Shown in pieces: positions 12,401-26,700 of a DNA stretch of 60,093 nt. Both the position numbers and the translations under genes were made by a program. The DNA lies in the NCBI GenBank assembly GCA_000934665.2, contig KZ538598.1, positions 1-60,093 on the forward strand, in the 5' to 3' direction. Each line of letters opens with the position of its first letter. Within the stretch, counting starts at the first letter, position 1. This DNA is from Catajapyx aquilonaris (Eukaryota). Below the pieces are notes generated by a model that was not told the origin of the DNA, did no database searches, and saw nothing but the letters and a program-made list of their open reading frames with translations.

Positions 12401-15400
12401 TATCGGGGTGTCAGACAGAGGGATAAGTATACGGTGGCTCCGCCTTGTGGGAGGGGAAAATTTACACCCAAGATCGCGGAAGCGCATCGCGTGAAATACT
12501 GCGGGGTATTGTAATCCCAGAGTGTGGCCAGAGGACCACTGCAAGCTGGTGTACTATATTCGTTGTTATATCTGAGAGAGCGAATTGGTTGTAACAGGTG
12601 CACGAGACCATTGTTACAGCCGGGCTCTGTCACATTTTTTGGACCGTACATGTTGCGGTCGCAAGTGTGTTAATTTACATTCGTGATGAGGGGAAACATT
12701 GCTCCTGCGTGGTTATTGCGCTGTGCGGTTCTTTCCGTTGCGTAGACCGCAGGGGGTAGACAGCCATGCTATATGTCGTCAACCGCGAATTTATTTATGC
12801 CGACAAGGGGAAAACTTCTCATTAAGGACGATCAGTGCCTGTGGCTGAAAAATAAAAGCACAAGTCCCACCCTGAAGCAAATTCACTCAATATTTAATCA
12901 CTTGCAGACTTTCTAATATCGGCTCCCTAAATGATATCGGAGCGCCGGAAAATTGCTGTAATTTTTTTTTTGTTCTCCCCCCCCTCTCGCCTGCTCTCCA
13001 ATCCGCCTTTGGAATTTTCTCCATATCTGGTTTCCCCGTGAGTGAGTGACTATCACTTGAAGCCCCATCGATCCTGATCGGCGAGGAAGACCGAGGGAGG
13101 AATAATCGAGTTAGAGTCCTTCTCAGCCTTTGTCCCGCCCGTAGAGTTGGGGAGGGTAGGGAGGAAGAAGAAGGCGGCGGCGAAAAAAGAAATGAACGTC
13201 GGCACGCGCTCCTCCAAATGAGTCAGTCGGGGCTAGGGCTGGGGGATTCAAGGAAGCAACAACGCCTGCAGCTTATCTCCCAACAGGAAGGATCGCTACG
13301 AAATCCGAGACATGAATCGGAATTGCTGGGGAATTTTGGGGCTTTGGGAAGGGCTAACAAACGGAGAGAAGAGGCTATGAACTGAAGAAACATTTCCGCT
13401 CTGTAGCTCTCAATCAGGTTAATCCCAAACCAGGGGTGGGTGCTGGGAAAAACCGATATTTTGAGTACGATGTTGGTTTGCTGGTGTTTTTTTGGGGGGA
13501 TGGGTGGGATGGGCGACCAACCGGTGCAGGTTTTCAAAGCTCATTGTACTTGTTGGATGGATTCCTTTGGGATGGTTCATAAATGGGCTCATCGGATGGG
13601 GGATCTGTGATGACATAATTGTACAGGGTGAGGTTGAAATGCGGGCATATTGAATGAACAAGTACGGAACAACTGGCTGCAGATCATGTCAGAGTTTGGC
13701 TGAGTTCCTAGAGCTCGAGGGGCGCTTTGAATTAATTCTAAATCTGATTTATTAGAGTTAAATAAAAGATGCGTGGTCAACGGGTGGAAAGACCATAAAA
13801 GAGGCAGTTCGGTGCTCTTTTTTTAAACTTCTTTTTGAATTATGGTGGCCCGTCAGAAAATACGTGAATGCGCAACTCTGCTGGTGAACACCTCAAATGG
13901 TGCCGATAACTGCCGAATAAGTATTTGCAGAAACTTTCAGAACGTTTTGGTTCAAAATGGCTTGAACAAGCTTGAACATTTGAAAGGACGCAAAGTTAGA
14001 CAGCTGAATGCGTAGAAGTACGAATTTGCCCTTGGCATATTTTTGTTTCAGAGAACTGCACCGTGAAATTTTTAATGAGAGTTGGATATGGCTTTAGTCA
14101 GTCCAGGTGTATAACATATTGACAGTAGTTTTGCTACATATGCATAAACCAGAGGCTTCTAGTACTGTAAGCCAGGATTTTTTAAAGCCTTTATGCCATT
14201 GTGCAGTGTAGTGCTCTGGAGGCTGTTAGAAAGGGAATACCATATAGCGTCATAAATAATATTTTGCGAATGCTAAATGTTTTAAAATTCCCAAGCCCAC
14301 ATTTTTGTGGACTTAAAAGCATTTACTCTCCTAAGGCAGTTGATTCACGGTGCCGGTAGTTTTAAATTAAAAAACCCCTGAGGTATAAAAAGCCTGAGCA
14401 TCTTTGGCAAAGGGAATGGGAATTTCGTACTTCAACGTTTTCCGGCCGAGTAAGTCCGCTTAATAATTTAAGTCACCTGCTAACAACATGTAGCCTGCTG
14501 GTTTTGTGTTAAAGCCTCGTGAGAATTTTTGGGCAATAATGTACAAGGTGTGTGAGTGCACACACCGCATACGTTCAATACAACAGCGCATGTGACTGAA
14601 CAAAAAATTGTATGAACTTACCCGGACAGTACAGTACGTTCAACTAATTGCAGTCCGTTGCAAACAATTGCAGGGAAATGCTCTGAGAGACTTCGTAAAC
14701 AGTTTGCACCTTGCGTTACTCACAAGTTTCGTGTAACAAGAGTAAAACCGTAAACAACCGGAGTTATGATTTGGCAAAGTTAGTAAAGGGCCAAGTCCAC
14801 TTTCCTGTCGGCGTTTACAGAGAGTTTCTTGTGTATACAATGTGCATGTGCTATAATCCCCAAGAGTCGCGAATAGCCGAGTTGAAAGTTTTGTGCACAC
14901 TGCATCGACCAAATTATACTGGCGAGTCTATCTCTGGGTTTCAGGTGCACAAGCCCAACTTTATAGGGAAGGCAGACAGTAATCTCGATCGTAAAACACT
15001 GCTTAAGCAGTATGCGAGAAAACACGCACATCAACGCTGAGCTCTTAAGCCATACAGGGTGTGCTATAAAGTTTCAACTGGGGGGTTGCGGAAAGTGGTG
15101 GGAGTACACATGCTGTTTGTGTGTGTCTTGTGTAGACCTACTTTCTGTCTAACATTTCTGCGATCTGCTATATCTATCACAAATTCTGTGTAACGTTATT
15201 GACGTAATGCAGAGCCTGTATAGTACAATGGGAAAATGTAAATTTTGCCAGCAGGCTATATGTTTCAGGGCAGGGTTGAAAGTTTGACAATTAGTTATTG
15301 CAGTATTTATGAATTACTGCTCTGTGCAGGTACCCCTGCAGCTGTTAGTACTGTACAGAGTTACTAGCGCACGTTGTTTAATCTGTTTCATACAATATTT

Positions 15401-18400
15401 ATAGGATGGCAGCTTCCGATCGCGTTTAACGAGGTAGGTAATAAATAATGACAGTAGGTAATTGGAGGACTTGGGCGATATGGGAAACTACGCAAGTCCA
15501 AAATTGGGTGAAATTAGTTAAAGCTTCATTGGAAACCTCAGAGCACGCCTCAGGCCATGTCTCATCTCCGGATACATGTATCGCAACTTAATCATCACTT
15601 GACAAGCATGGGAATGAGCAAACACGAGCCATGTCATTTATAACGCCAAAAATGCCTCCAGCAATTAATTAGGTATTTTAATAATATTTGGCCGAAATCG
15701 TTAGTATTCTTTTACAAATACAGTGTATAAGAATGTGCCGCTGGGCTTTCGGTCGATTTTTTTTTGTCCGAGGCAGAAAGTCGCTAATGCAAAGCAGATT
15801 CCAAAAATGTACTGTAGCCTCATGCCCTTCCCCCCCCCCCCCCNCCCCCCCCCCCCCCCCCCCCCGCAACCTAATCCAGAAGTACCCCTCACAGTCCGTG
15901 AAAAGTCCTGTAATAATTCCGAGGCAGGATCCACACGGTTGACGACAGCAGGCCGAGGGGGGGTTCCAAAGGGGACAAAATGCACAGTACTGCTCCCCCA
16001 AATTTTTGGGAGAAGTTTTCTCCTTGAAATGAGTCCCTTCAGCACGCGCGACCTGCACGATTTTCACCCTGGCCCAAGTGGCAAAGGCTACGTATAGCAC
16101 TTTGCGGGTGACATCTTGATACAAGAGGGGGAAAAGTAGTCTAAACAGGAGGGGCCTGCTGGGAAGACTTGGTGGTAAAATGGGTATGGAGCGGGGGTTG
16201 CAGTGGGGGCTGTCTGCGCCTGCTGTTGCCAACTCCTATAATTTCCTGCGGTCGGCGGCGGAATTTCATTAGGGCCTAAAGGGAAGCCCGATTAAAAGAG
16301 TCGCCAAAGCTGGGGAGTGGGCGGGGTGATTTACTTCCCACGGGATTATTGGGGTTGGGCCCTTCTAAGAAAATTATGATTACAGCCTCCCTTCACTCTC
16401 CTGTTTTCTAGCCTGCTGCACCTTTTTTTTTTTTTTAAAAGGAGTGTGCAAAAGCGCGAAATCTTCGGTACGTGCCTGGGTATCGATTCGAGGGACGTTA
16501 AATCCTATTACAGTCTTGGGCCGGAAATAATATCCTTCTTGCGCCGGTGATTAGTGAGACAGGGGTGGTGGGGAGGGTGCCTGCTACACATTCCGGAGCA
16601 ACAACCCGCCATTGGAAATTCCACCCGACTCAATCCTCCGACTGCTCTTCCGGACGAATGACTCCTGACGACGGGACCTGAATAGGGAAATTAGGAGGCC
16701 TGGGTTTTTTTGTGTGTGTGTGTACAACCCTGCCATTTGGTGGGATTTTGGCAGGGCATAACCCATGCTGGTACGACCATGCATTACTATGCCCCTGTCG
16801 TTAAATCGCGGCTTTTAGTTTGAATAGTCCGCCCAAGTGGGGACATAAACGGACGGACGGAGACTTCCCCGAGGGAACTCCTTGGGACGGATATTATCAC
16901 TCCTTTGCCACCGATGGTCTCCAGGGCGTGCCCCGCTACTGCACCTTTTACGACTCCAAGCCGGCGGGGGGTACGCATCCTCCATGCATGCCAAATCGGA
17001 GCAGGCCAGGTTCATTTCGGTGGAACATAAATCCGGAGCATGGACGTAAAAAATCCGGAGCAGGTGGAATCCGGGAGTAAAAAGACGTTCAAGTTGGCAG
17101 GTTGTTTGCAGTAGGAAGATCCGATTAATTCTGGGTTTAATCCGATCTTTCTTCCGGGACGCAAACGGATTAGCGAGCATAATTAAACAGCCGGACATTT
17201 AATTGAAGGCGTTAGGACGTTGCCAGCTCCCGGTACGTGTTGGTAAGACAGCATTGTCTCCTGCTTTTCAGATTGGATTTTGAGAGCAGAGGTGCGGAAC
17301 GAGATCCGACACACCTGCCTGAGCTCGAATTTATTCCGGGCTAGGAAGTTTCAGGGGAATCTCTACTTTGCTCCTCATCCGTCCTCCGAAGTTAGCATGC
17401 AGAAGGGGCTAATTTGCTCGGGTAAATATGACACGCAGGGAAAATATAATTTCAGCGTCCCCTGCCGACGTGTGCCAGGAATGGAGGAGGAATCCGGGAG
17501 GTTATATACCATTGTTTCATTTTATTTTTCCCCGCCACTCCATTCCGGAGTTTTTTTTTTTTTTTTACAAACCGTGTTAGCTGGCGTGTCACGAGTTGAG
17601 CTAATCAGGATGACACTCTGGTCACTCGTACCGGGGCTAATCAGAAGGACTACTCGGACACTGTTGGTAGGCGACACCTTCAACCGGGCTAATCTGATGG
17701 ATGACACTGGGTTTTCAGGCCAGTTCCGAAAGGGCTTAGTGGAATTGATTTCGCCTGTCCAACATTTAGCCTGACTTCCTTACCCGTGATCATTGGCAGG
17801 TCAGCACGTGGCTTCCGCTCATTGATGGCTTCTCTGATTACCCTCATTATGGGCATCTAATGACCAAGTGGCCAGAGGCTGTAACATTCAACATCCAAGG
17901 TTGCTGCCCCTTTCTTGCTTCTGCAAGGGATGGTCTGAGGGACCAGCATTAATACAGTATTTTGGCATGGCCAATTAAGGAAGGACCCCCCATCTGCATA
18001 ATGGGCCGTAGGGGAGCTACCCTCCCTCTCTCTTTCAGCAAAAGCAGCCATTTCGTCTCGACCCGCCGGCTTTTCAGGTCTCCCGTGAAACGGGCAATTC
18101 GAATCCGAACCGATCCGCACGTTTTCAAATACAAGCCCTGGCCGTTAATTTCGTGTGTGTGGGACTGATAAATCAAACAAACACACATTAAACGGGAACG
18201 GGCGTGTCGGTGTGTAATGTGCACGTGGCCTCAACCCGCAGTTACTGTTGAAATGAGACATAATTTGGACAGTTTTGCAGGGGGGGGGAGGCTCTGAGGG
18301 ATCTTCAGGACCAAGTTTAGGTCATTATCCGGTGAAGAGCCTAAGTCATTTACCCAAAATGCAGATGCAGCAGTGCTGAGCTCCGGTTTAATTAATCCAG

Positions 18401-19021
18401 ACAATGGCTGAATCAGGCTCCGGTGTCTTGCGTCGTTATCTAGGGAAAGGCACTCTTCTTAACGATTTGTGTCACAAATTTCTGATCCGAAGAGTTACGG
18501 CCTGTTTGGTGAAATTGATTGTTACGAAGCGAACGGTTCTGTCTGACGTGCAGTTTATAATCGCTATAAAACCTACCTAAATCCGAAACCCAAAGATGGA
18601 AGCGGGATCGTAACCGTGTCTGTTTGATTTGTATCATTGACTGATGCCACCCTCGGAAATTTTGGGGTAGGATGGTCGGTTTTTTTAGGAAGTTCCGGTG
18701 AGAGCTTCTGCGCTGGAACTGTGGACTGGGGAGAAAAAGAAGAAAAAAAAACCCTCCCGAGGTAACCATGTCCTCCCGTTGGGAAGCGTAATCCGGGCTA
18801 ATGAAACGGAAGAGGAGGCGAGAGGGTAATGGGCAATGGGATGGGCTTTTTGGGAATCACCGTTCGGGGAAATAACTGCCTGGGCTGGTCAGGATATTGA
18901 GCCGGAAAAGAGAGTCCAGGAGGTATTTGACACTTCACTGCTTCTCACTTGTCTGGTGGTAGATTGGGAGAGACTCACCCTCTTTTGGCACGGATTTTTA
19001 TCGTCTTCTTCTTCTTTGCAG

Positions 19022-19048
19022 GGCAATGACAGCTGGCAAGATGATCAG
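19022..19048 (+). CDS. dlg1: Candidate 27-nt dlg1 microexon (GNDSWQDDQ)
   Basis: Branch-like GACTCAC (~18972), long pyrimidine tract TCGTCTTCTTCTTCTTTGCAG, 27 nt open in phase 0-0, consensus donor CAG|GTGAGT. Confidence 0.65.
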
Positions 19049-20310
19049 GTGAGTTTACATATTTCTTGGATGGGGGCGTTGGGTGACGTAAGTATACAAC
19101 ACTCATTTACACAAAAAAAGGCGGCCGCAGGTATTTTCTTAGCTCTAATATACAGTAGTAATAACCCGCCAATTTATACGCCTAATTTGACATTCGCAAA
19201 ACCTGCTATTAGCATAATGGGGATGCAGGTTGTTTGAAGGGAGTTTTCCGGTGCATAACTCTCCAACTAATGAGTGCGAATGTGCGTCGTAATTTAGAGC
19301 CTGTTTTGTTTGGAAAATTAAATTTGTAGGGGCACCAAAGCATGCGCGTGTCCACCTTTTCTTGTTATAACAATTGTGTTGGGCTCAATGTTGGGTGAAA
19401 ATAGTGCGAGACCTTATTTTGGCAGCATAAAAGGTGCATAATAGTGTGAAGTTTCCAGGTCGATGCATGTTAATTTAAAGTAGACGTATGCCAACCATGA
19501 CACCTTTGTAGCTGTTCTGCCAATTTTGTATCAAATTATTCAAAAAATAGCTCCAAGCCTATCCTGGGTTTTAGGCATCCCGGTACGCATGGGTGACATG
19601 TGTGAGGTCCTGGACAGTCAGGATGTATGTGCACTTCGCCATGCACTGTACCGAAGCGAACTTGGCTCATACATAATTAGTATAGCTGCGATGTGCAGAT
19701 GTCAAAAGGAAACCGCCGAGGTGTTATTTTGCACCAGTTTCACGACTCGGCATTGCGAATGCAAAAATATTTACCAGCCCAAATCATTCAGGTGACGGCG
19801 CATTGTATGCAAATGACATTTTCAGGCACGAATTTTATATCAGAAAAAAATCCGTCCCCGGTGTTGACTGCTCCGTGTGCAAATGTATGCAAATGTCGCG
19901 CCAGAGAGAATGATTCCGTTAGTTCCCCCCAAAAAAGAGAGCCCCCATTATCCGAATGTTTTTGTTGGAAAAACAGCGATCAGGCGCATGCTCCTGATAG
20001 TCAGTTTTGTGGGTATATGTAAATTATGTGACACTAGAGACACCTTATGTAAAGAAAATCACTTGCTCCTGCCTTTTGTGTCATTTTCCTTTCCGTACAG
20101 TTATATTTCCCTGGCGACAGTATTTTCGGGGGAAAAAACTGGCAAACTGGTCCATAACTCCCTACAACAGTGGTGCTGGTTTTGAGTCGGTGAAGCAGCG
20201 CCTCTCGCACGTGAACGGGTCCGTATTCAAACTTTTTAATGAGCTCTAGGGAGTCTGCATTGCCAGCGTGAGGTGGAGGAGTTATTGTTTGAGGGGGACG
20301 AAAAAGGAGG

Positions 20311-20313
<3 letters not shown>

Positions 20314-20343
<30 letters not shown>
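20314..20343. repeat. (CT)n microsatellite
   Basis: About 15 CT units seen directly. Confidence 0.9.
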
Positions 20344-20347
<4 letters not shown>

Positions 20348-23300
20348 TATATATATTTTTTTTTGCAAGATGTGGCTGTTTCTTTGCTCCCGGATTCTGG
20401 GGAGCACTTCCATTCCTCCCGGATGAAGAAGAAGCCGTGGCGCACAAAAGCTGGAATCGATATTTATTTCACGTTTTGCGGAGCCAGGTGAGAGACGACG
20501 GAGCTGAGGGAGTTATTAAAAAGTCAATAAAGAAAAAAAAGGGACATGAATTTTTTAATGTTGCTATGGTAGGGTTTTCTTGCGGTGCCCAGGATAATCC
20601 GGGATAATGCTTACCGTGGGGGAAAGTCCTGGAGCCAGGCTTTTATTTATGCCCCTAGGCTCGTACATTACCCGGCGTGGCGGCTTGGAAAATTGGGCAG
20701 GTGCGGTGGTTACGGCTGGCAACTTTACGGGATTGGTCGCGGATATCCTCGGCCACGTGTTTCCATCCGGGTTTGTATGGGGGAGCTGTCCGCAACNNNN
20801 NNNNNNNNNNNNNCCCCCCCCCCCCCCTACTCTCAGTTCGTCTTGTTTGTGTGGCTACCGGGGCAGTAAATGCGTGTTTTTTGCTGTTCTCAAGCGTACA
20901 GGGTGGATCGTAACAAATAAACAAAATGTCGCATTTTTTCTAGCGACGTAACTGTCTGTCCCTTCGTGATTTCGGGCGACTGGCTGCAACACCTGATGGG
21001 CTCACAGTTTCAATTACACTGTATGGTAACACTTTTTTGAATTAAAATAGATGGGCACGCGCGAATGGGTGCCGCACCTGCCAGACTACAGTGTAGCGTG
21101 TGTTGAAAGCCAATTATGTCGGTAGCGAACCGAATAATGCCGCTGGTGACCATACGGATTTGGCCTATAGAGGTATGACAGGTGCTAAATGTCACACTGG
21201 TGTGGAAATATAAGGCTCATTCTCAACAATTCTGAGGGGGCAAAATCAGGATCGTTTGCTGATGAAAGGCACGTGGGTTGGTCCAGATCCTTCGCAACAC
21301 TAGAAGGGTCCACCTGTTTTCCAACCCTCAAGTTTAGCTCGTCTTGAGGTAAAGTTGGGTAGTATTCTCTCTTCGCTCCAGCACCCCATTGTTTTGGCAG
21401 GAATATGGCGGCTTCCAACTTGGGCTTCCTTCTCTCCTTCGGGCCCTTCCGTTGGCTGGTAATTGACGGGCAATCCCGCCAGAAGAAGAGTCAGGCGAGG
21501 GGCTTCTTTGTCTGGGTGGAAAATGGGCCAATAGTCTTGGGGAAAGCTCGTTAGGCTAATGGCAGCGTCAGCCCCTCGAGTCTAGAAACCCCTGTTTGGC
21601 TTCAGGTGTTCCTCTGCTTGGCCTTCCTTCTCTACCACCCATCTCTAGTTTCACGTCTCGCAAATCTCGCTCAATTATGCAGCTGCCATGGAGCTTTTCC
21701 ATTTTGCAAATCGCTCCATCCGCTCTGATGATGGCGGCAACGCGGATGGAAACTTCCAAAAAATGATTCGCCCTCTGGCCTCGCCTTGTAGTAATGGAGG
21801 TCGGGGGCTCTTCAAACGATGCTGCGATTTTTTTTTTGTGCCCCGCCTCTCTCTAACCCACGCTCGGCTCTCTGGTCCTCATCACCGCTCCTATCGCTTC
21901 AGACTCCATGTTGATTGCGGAATTGGATTTGTGTCAAAGTGCCTAGGCTGCTTTTAAGCTAAGCGAGCAGTAAGCTAGTTTTGGTGATCACAGGACAGCT
22001 GTGACAGCTGATTGCTCGTTGCTTGGTTGTTGGCAACTCATTTTCGCAAGGAGATGAGTTCTAGTGCCTATATCAACCCCAAGGGCTGCAGCAACTATTG
22101 GAGTATTGGAAATGGTCGGTGCAAGAATGCAGGTAGAATCCCTCTTTCAGTCGGCTGTCGGCGGTGATGCAGAAAAATGAGATGGGGCACCAGGCAGATG
22201 GAAAAACTCGGCTGATAGATTGGAGCCTGGCTTTCTCCTGGGATGGGGAGGGATTTAACGCCCGGGGGAGGTCAGCTCCGGTCCTTTTCTGGCCCTCCGG
22301 ATGAATCGGGAGGGATTTACTCCGGAGTGGTCCCCCCCCCCCCCTTTTTTTTCCGCCTCATATTTTCTAACCCCCCCCCCCCCCTCCGGCCATCTTGCGC
22401 CTGAATTTCACTCCGGAGCTGCTGCTGCTGCAGGATCGGGATCTTTGTTTATTCCTCCGACGCCATTTATTTCCCTCTGGTGCATGGCACCGCTCGGCGA
22501 CTTTATTGCACCCTCTTCCGCTCTTAGTGGCAATTTTTGTCCGGGGTCTTCCCGCCTGCCGGATCCTTCCTCCGCACAAAAAAAAAACAACGGAAGGAAT
22601 AGGGGGGCCGGAAAGAGTGATGGTATGGCATCTGCGAGTGTGCCTCCATTACGGGACTCCAGATTCCGCCTTTTCCATCCGGGTCGAATCATTCAGATTT
22701 TTCAGAAAACCGTTTGAAGTTTTTGCCACTATGTAGTTTTACAGGAAAAGCAATTTAGCATCATATTCTAGTACAACTTGTAGCAAAATTAATGATTTTT
22801 TTTTTCTAACAGTATAAGAGTGAAGATAACAATAAGTTTGGTAAGGAGACAGTCAGAGCCGGTTTCAATCCCGTTCCGGGTGCTGCTAGACGAAAATGGG
22901 GGCTGAGGCAGATGTGAGCTTAATAGAAATGTCACAACTAGACACTATTTCAATCTCGGGGCACCCTCCTAATCATCTCCGGCTGTAAACTTATCGCACG
23001 TCGCTACACTGCACTCGGTTCCTAGGAACAGAATAACGGCGTGCCATATATCTCTGGGAAAATGCCGGTCGGGGAAATAACTTGACCTGCGCTAGGAAAT
23101 ATTAAGGATCGTGAATCCTCATAAGTAGTGTTGTTAACCCGGGGCATTGTTGTCGGTGCAGACAAATAATTGAGAGGCATAACTTGGGAATGGCGCCTGT
23201 TAACAGTTTCCCTTATGACTTTTTTATCGCTGGGGCTGGAGGGCGTTGAGTGAGCCATGATATTATCCCAAGTTGTTTGTAACAAAGTTATGTCCAGTGT

Positions 23301-23715
23301 GTGGGTGTGGAACTTGGGAGATACCTTCAGTTGGGACCAAAGTTAGAGCTCTTTAAGCCCCTGTGACAGTAAACATGGTTTTTCGAAGCCCAGGAGGATG
23401 GGCATTAACTAGGTCGGATGGTTCAATAAATGGTCACTTTGAGCCCAGTTAAACTATGGGATAAAAGGAAAGTGCTGGGACGATGGAGAAATTGAGAGCG
23501 ACTTGGCCATACCGTTGCACATGAGAGTGTCAGCACTTGTGATGATGGACAAAGTGTGAGCTGTGAACTCGTCAGAAACTCGGTTCTTCATTAGATGGGA
23601 TTATATAGCTTAAGTGTGCCGCAGTGTTAAAAATATATATGTCGACTTTTCGCTACAGACTTAGAAGGAAAATAAGTAATAACCAAGCTAACATACTGCA
23701 TTCTTCCCTTGACAG

Positions 23716-26700
23716 GCTCACACACCATTGCTGTCAGCATCTGACAAACATGTAAGTATTTGGTGCGTTACAAAATGGTAATTGTCAACTGACCACATTT
23801 TGCTTCCAGACCAATGGGGAAGAGGAGTGGGAGTATGAGGAGATTGTCCTGGAACGAGGTGGTGCAGGACTGGGCTTCAGCATTGCTGGTGGCACAGACA
23901 ACCCACAGGGGCAAGGGGGCGATGACGCTGCCATATACATTACCAAACTCATCCCTGGTGGTGCAGCCGCAGCAGATGGTCGCCTGCGCGTCAATGACAT
24001 CATCCTCAGAGTCAATGATCAGAGTGTGGTGGATGTCCCTCATGCAGTGGCAGTTGACGCCCTCAAGCGTGCTGGAAACACTGTCAGGCTGGTAAGTCCA
24101 GTGTGGGATGGTCACTAGTATTAGTCGTTTCTTAGCATGCAGACCACAGTTTAAATCCTGCAACCAAATAATATCTCAGTTGGCTACGTTGTTGAATGTT
24201 TGTTACGTTATTATTTGCAGGTGATGGTAAAGTATAAAATACAGTATGATATGTAGGATGGAAGCTTGGGGGCAGAAAATTGGTATGGTAAAACCTGTTT
24301 ATAACATAATATGGATTCAGTAAGAACTTTTATGAAATTTTAGTATGGTCCTAGGGAGGTTTTCAGTTTTTTTTGTTGCATATACTGCACTGGAAACTCT
24401 TTCAGCATGAAATGTAGGCAGAACATAGCAACTCCAGTGTAAACAAGTTTTAATGCAATAATATTAGTATTCCATGTAAATTGCATGTTGCTAACTGTAT
24501 TTGCCCGCAACAAAAATAAACTTGAAATTAAAAATCGATTGAAATTAAAGCACTGTAAGTTTACAAAGAATTATGCAAACGTGACTCAGTAAATTTTTAC
24601 CAAAACTAGATGCAACATATTGCAAGTACCGAGGATTCAGAAAGCGATAGAAACAATGTTTACGTAATGTCACTAAAATGAAAACTCAGGGTCATTGCTG
24701 ACACCATATCTTTTCCTGCAGCATGTGCGGAGGCACAGACATGCTGGGAGTATGCGAGTGGTGGAGATTGAACTGGCCAAGGGCAACAAGGGTTTGGGAT
24801 TCAGCATTGCTGGTGGGATAGGGAACCAGCACATCCCTGGTGACAATGGAATCTATGTGACCAAGATCATGGATGGAGGTGCAGCACAGATTGATGGGCG
24901 CCTGGCTGTTGGTGACAAGCTCGTTGCAGTCAGGAATGCCCCTGTGAGTAGCCTGCCATCTCTTACTCCTCTATTGCTGATAAAAAATGGGCCTTATCTT
25001 CTGGTAGCATTGCTATAGATCAGTTTTTTCATGGCTCATGGCAAAACTAAATTTCCTGCTTCCGACATAAAACGAGGAGATATCCTCTTGTGGCCATTAA
25101 TTTTGTGGAAAAAAATAGAGCAAGAGCAGATAGTAGTGGACTAATGGTAATAGTCAAGGGTTGTATGGGCAAAAATAGGATTGTAGTATCAGCCATTCGC
25201 TGCAATCCTCTTGTGATTGATGACATTGATAAGCGCACTCACCGCCATGACAAATCTGGACTAATTTGGACACAATGCCCATGCATCAGTGTGAGTGACA
25301 GATGAAAGAGATGCCGAGCCACAGGCAGGAACACATATATTTTAGTGGTGTAGCCCTATAGGGGTTTGTTTACCAAAGCTGACTCGAACTGAGAGAATCA
25401 ACTAACTCTATGTGCTTGAGCTCCAGGGTGGTGAGAAAAACCTGGAGAACGTAACGCATGAAGAGGCTGTCGCAACCCTGAAGGCAACACACGAGAGAGT
25501 TGTGCTTCTGGTGGCCAAACCAGAACCTGGATTCAGCCCAGAGAACTTGACATCAGCACCTCCACCTCTCCCAGACCGCATCTCGCCACCACCACCCCAG
25601 CCAAGTAAGCGCTTGCTTTGTGAAGTAATTTGCACGCGTCACACTTGATGCCATGTGGTTCTAAGTCACCAAATTGGTGTCACTTGCACTTTTTCCAGGC
25701 TCTGTAGTAGAAACCTTGCCACCACCTGCAGCACCATACACTGAGCCTCTGTCGTCCTCAACTCTGGCCCTGCAAGCATCCACGCCCAGGGCAGTCAGCG
25801 AGGAAGACATTGCACGGTAAGTGCTATTGTTTGCTCCTCTGCGGAGTGATGATTCATTCTGCAAGTTACCCCATCCCGAAGTAAAGTGCACGACAACATT
25901 TTGCGGCCAACAGCACATTCCGTCACAATGCAAGCTCGTTGGAAATTTTTCCCATTTACTGTTCTCGGCCGGTGAGGTGACTCAAACTTTCCACTCTGCG
26001 GTGTAGCAGAGTTTGAATAGGGACAATCTTGCCATCTTGTGGCCAGGTTGGACTTCACCAACCGGTACTAGCATGCACTCCCACCCTCTAGTGAGGGATG
26101 TAATATATTGATTTATCCCGGAGCAGCCTTAAGCAGAGCCCCACACTGCAGCCCGAAGCAGGAGTGGAAGCCAACAAAAAGCTCGAGTCGAAAGTCATTA
26201 GGGAGAATGTTGGTATGCTGTCGTTACAAGTCCCCTTTGTCACTTTCCAACTCGATTGCTATTCCTTTTTTCTTTTTTCCCCCCCTATTGGCACAGGAAA
26301 GCCATTCAGTTGGGGGTTACGGATGAGGCCTTATAACGTCCTTTGCATTTCTGGAGAATGGCTTGACCTCTGATGATCTATGTACCTGTCAGGCCGCTGG
26401 GTGTGGCTTCCTCACTTCCCTTGGCAACAACCCAAACATTGTGCTTGAGAAGAAGGAGGAGGATAAAAAAGCAGATTCCGCTTTCCTGTAGTCCAGAATT
26501 AATCACATAGCCCTTGAGGGGGTGTTGGAGCCGGACGACCTTCATCCATCCATTCATGTCGACCCATAATTAACCAATTGACTTGCCATTTTTTTTATGT
26601 GGAAAAAGAAGTGTTCCGAGCTAATGATGGAAAAACTTTTGAGGGCCACAACTTTACACACACACATGCTGGCCCCAGCATATGTGAAGGTCACCTTCAC

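Noticed and set aside
16820..16970. Protein-like stretch NSPPKWGHKRTDGDFPEGTPWDGYY...
   Set aside because: No in-frame ATG, and the candidate splice phases do not fit the phase-0 dlg1 exons.
20797..20827. Poly-C/G tracts with Ns (also ~498, ~15844, ~27545) as possible G-quadruplexes
   Set aside because: Lengths unreliable because of sequencing or assembly gaps in homopolymers.
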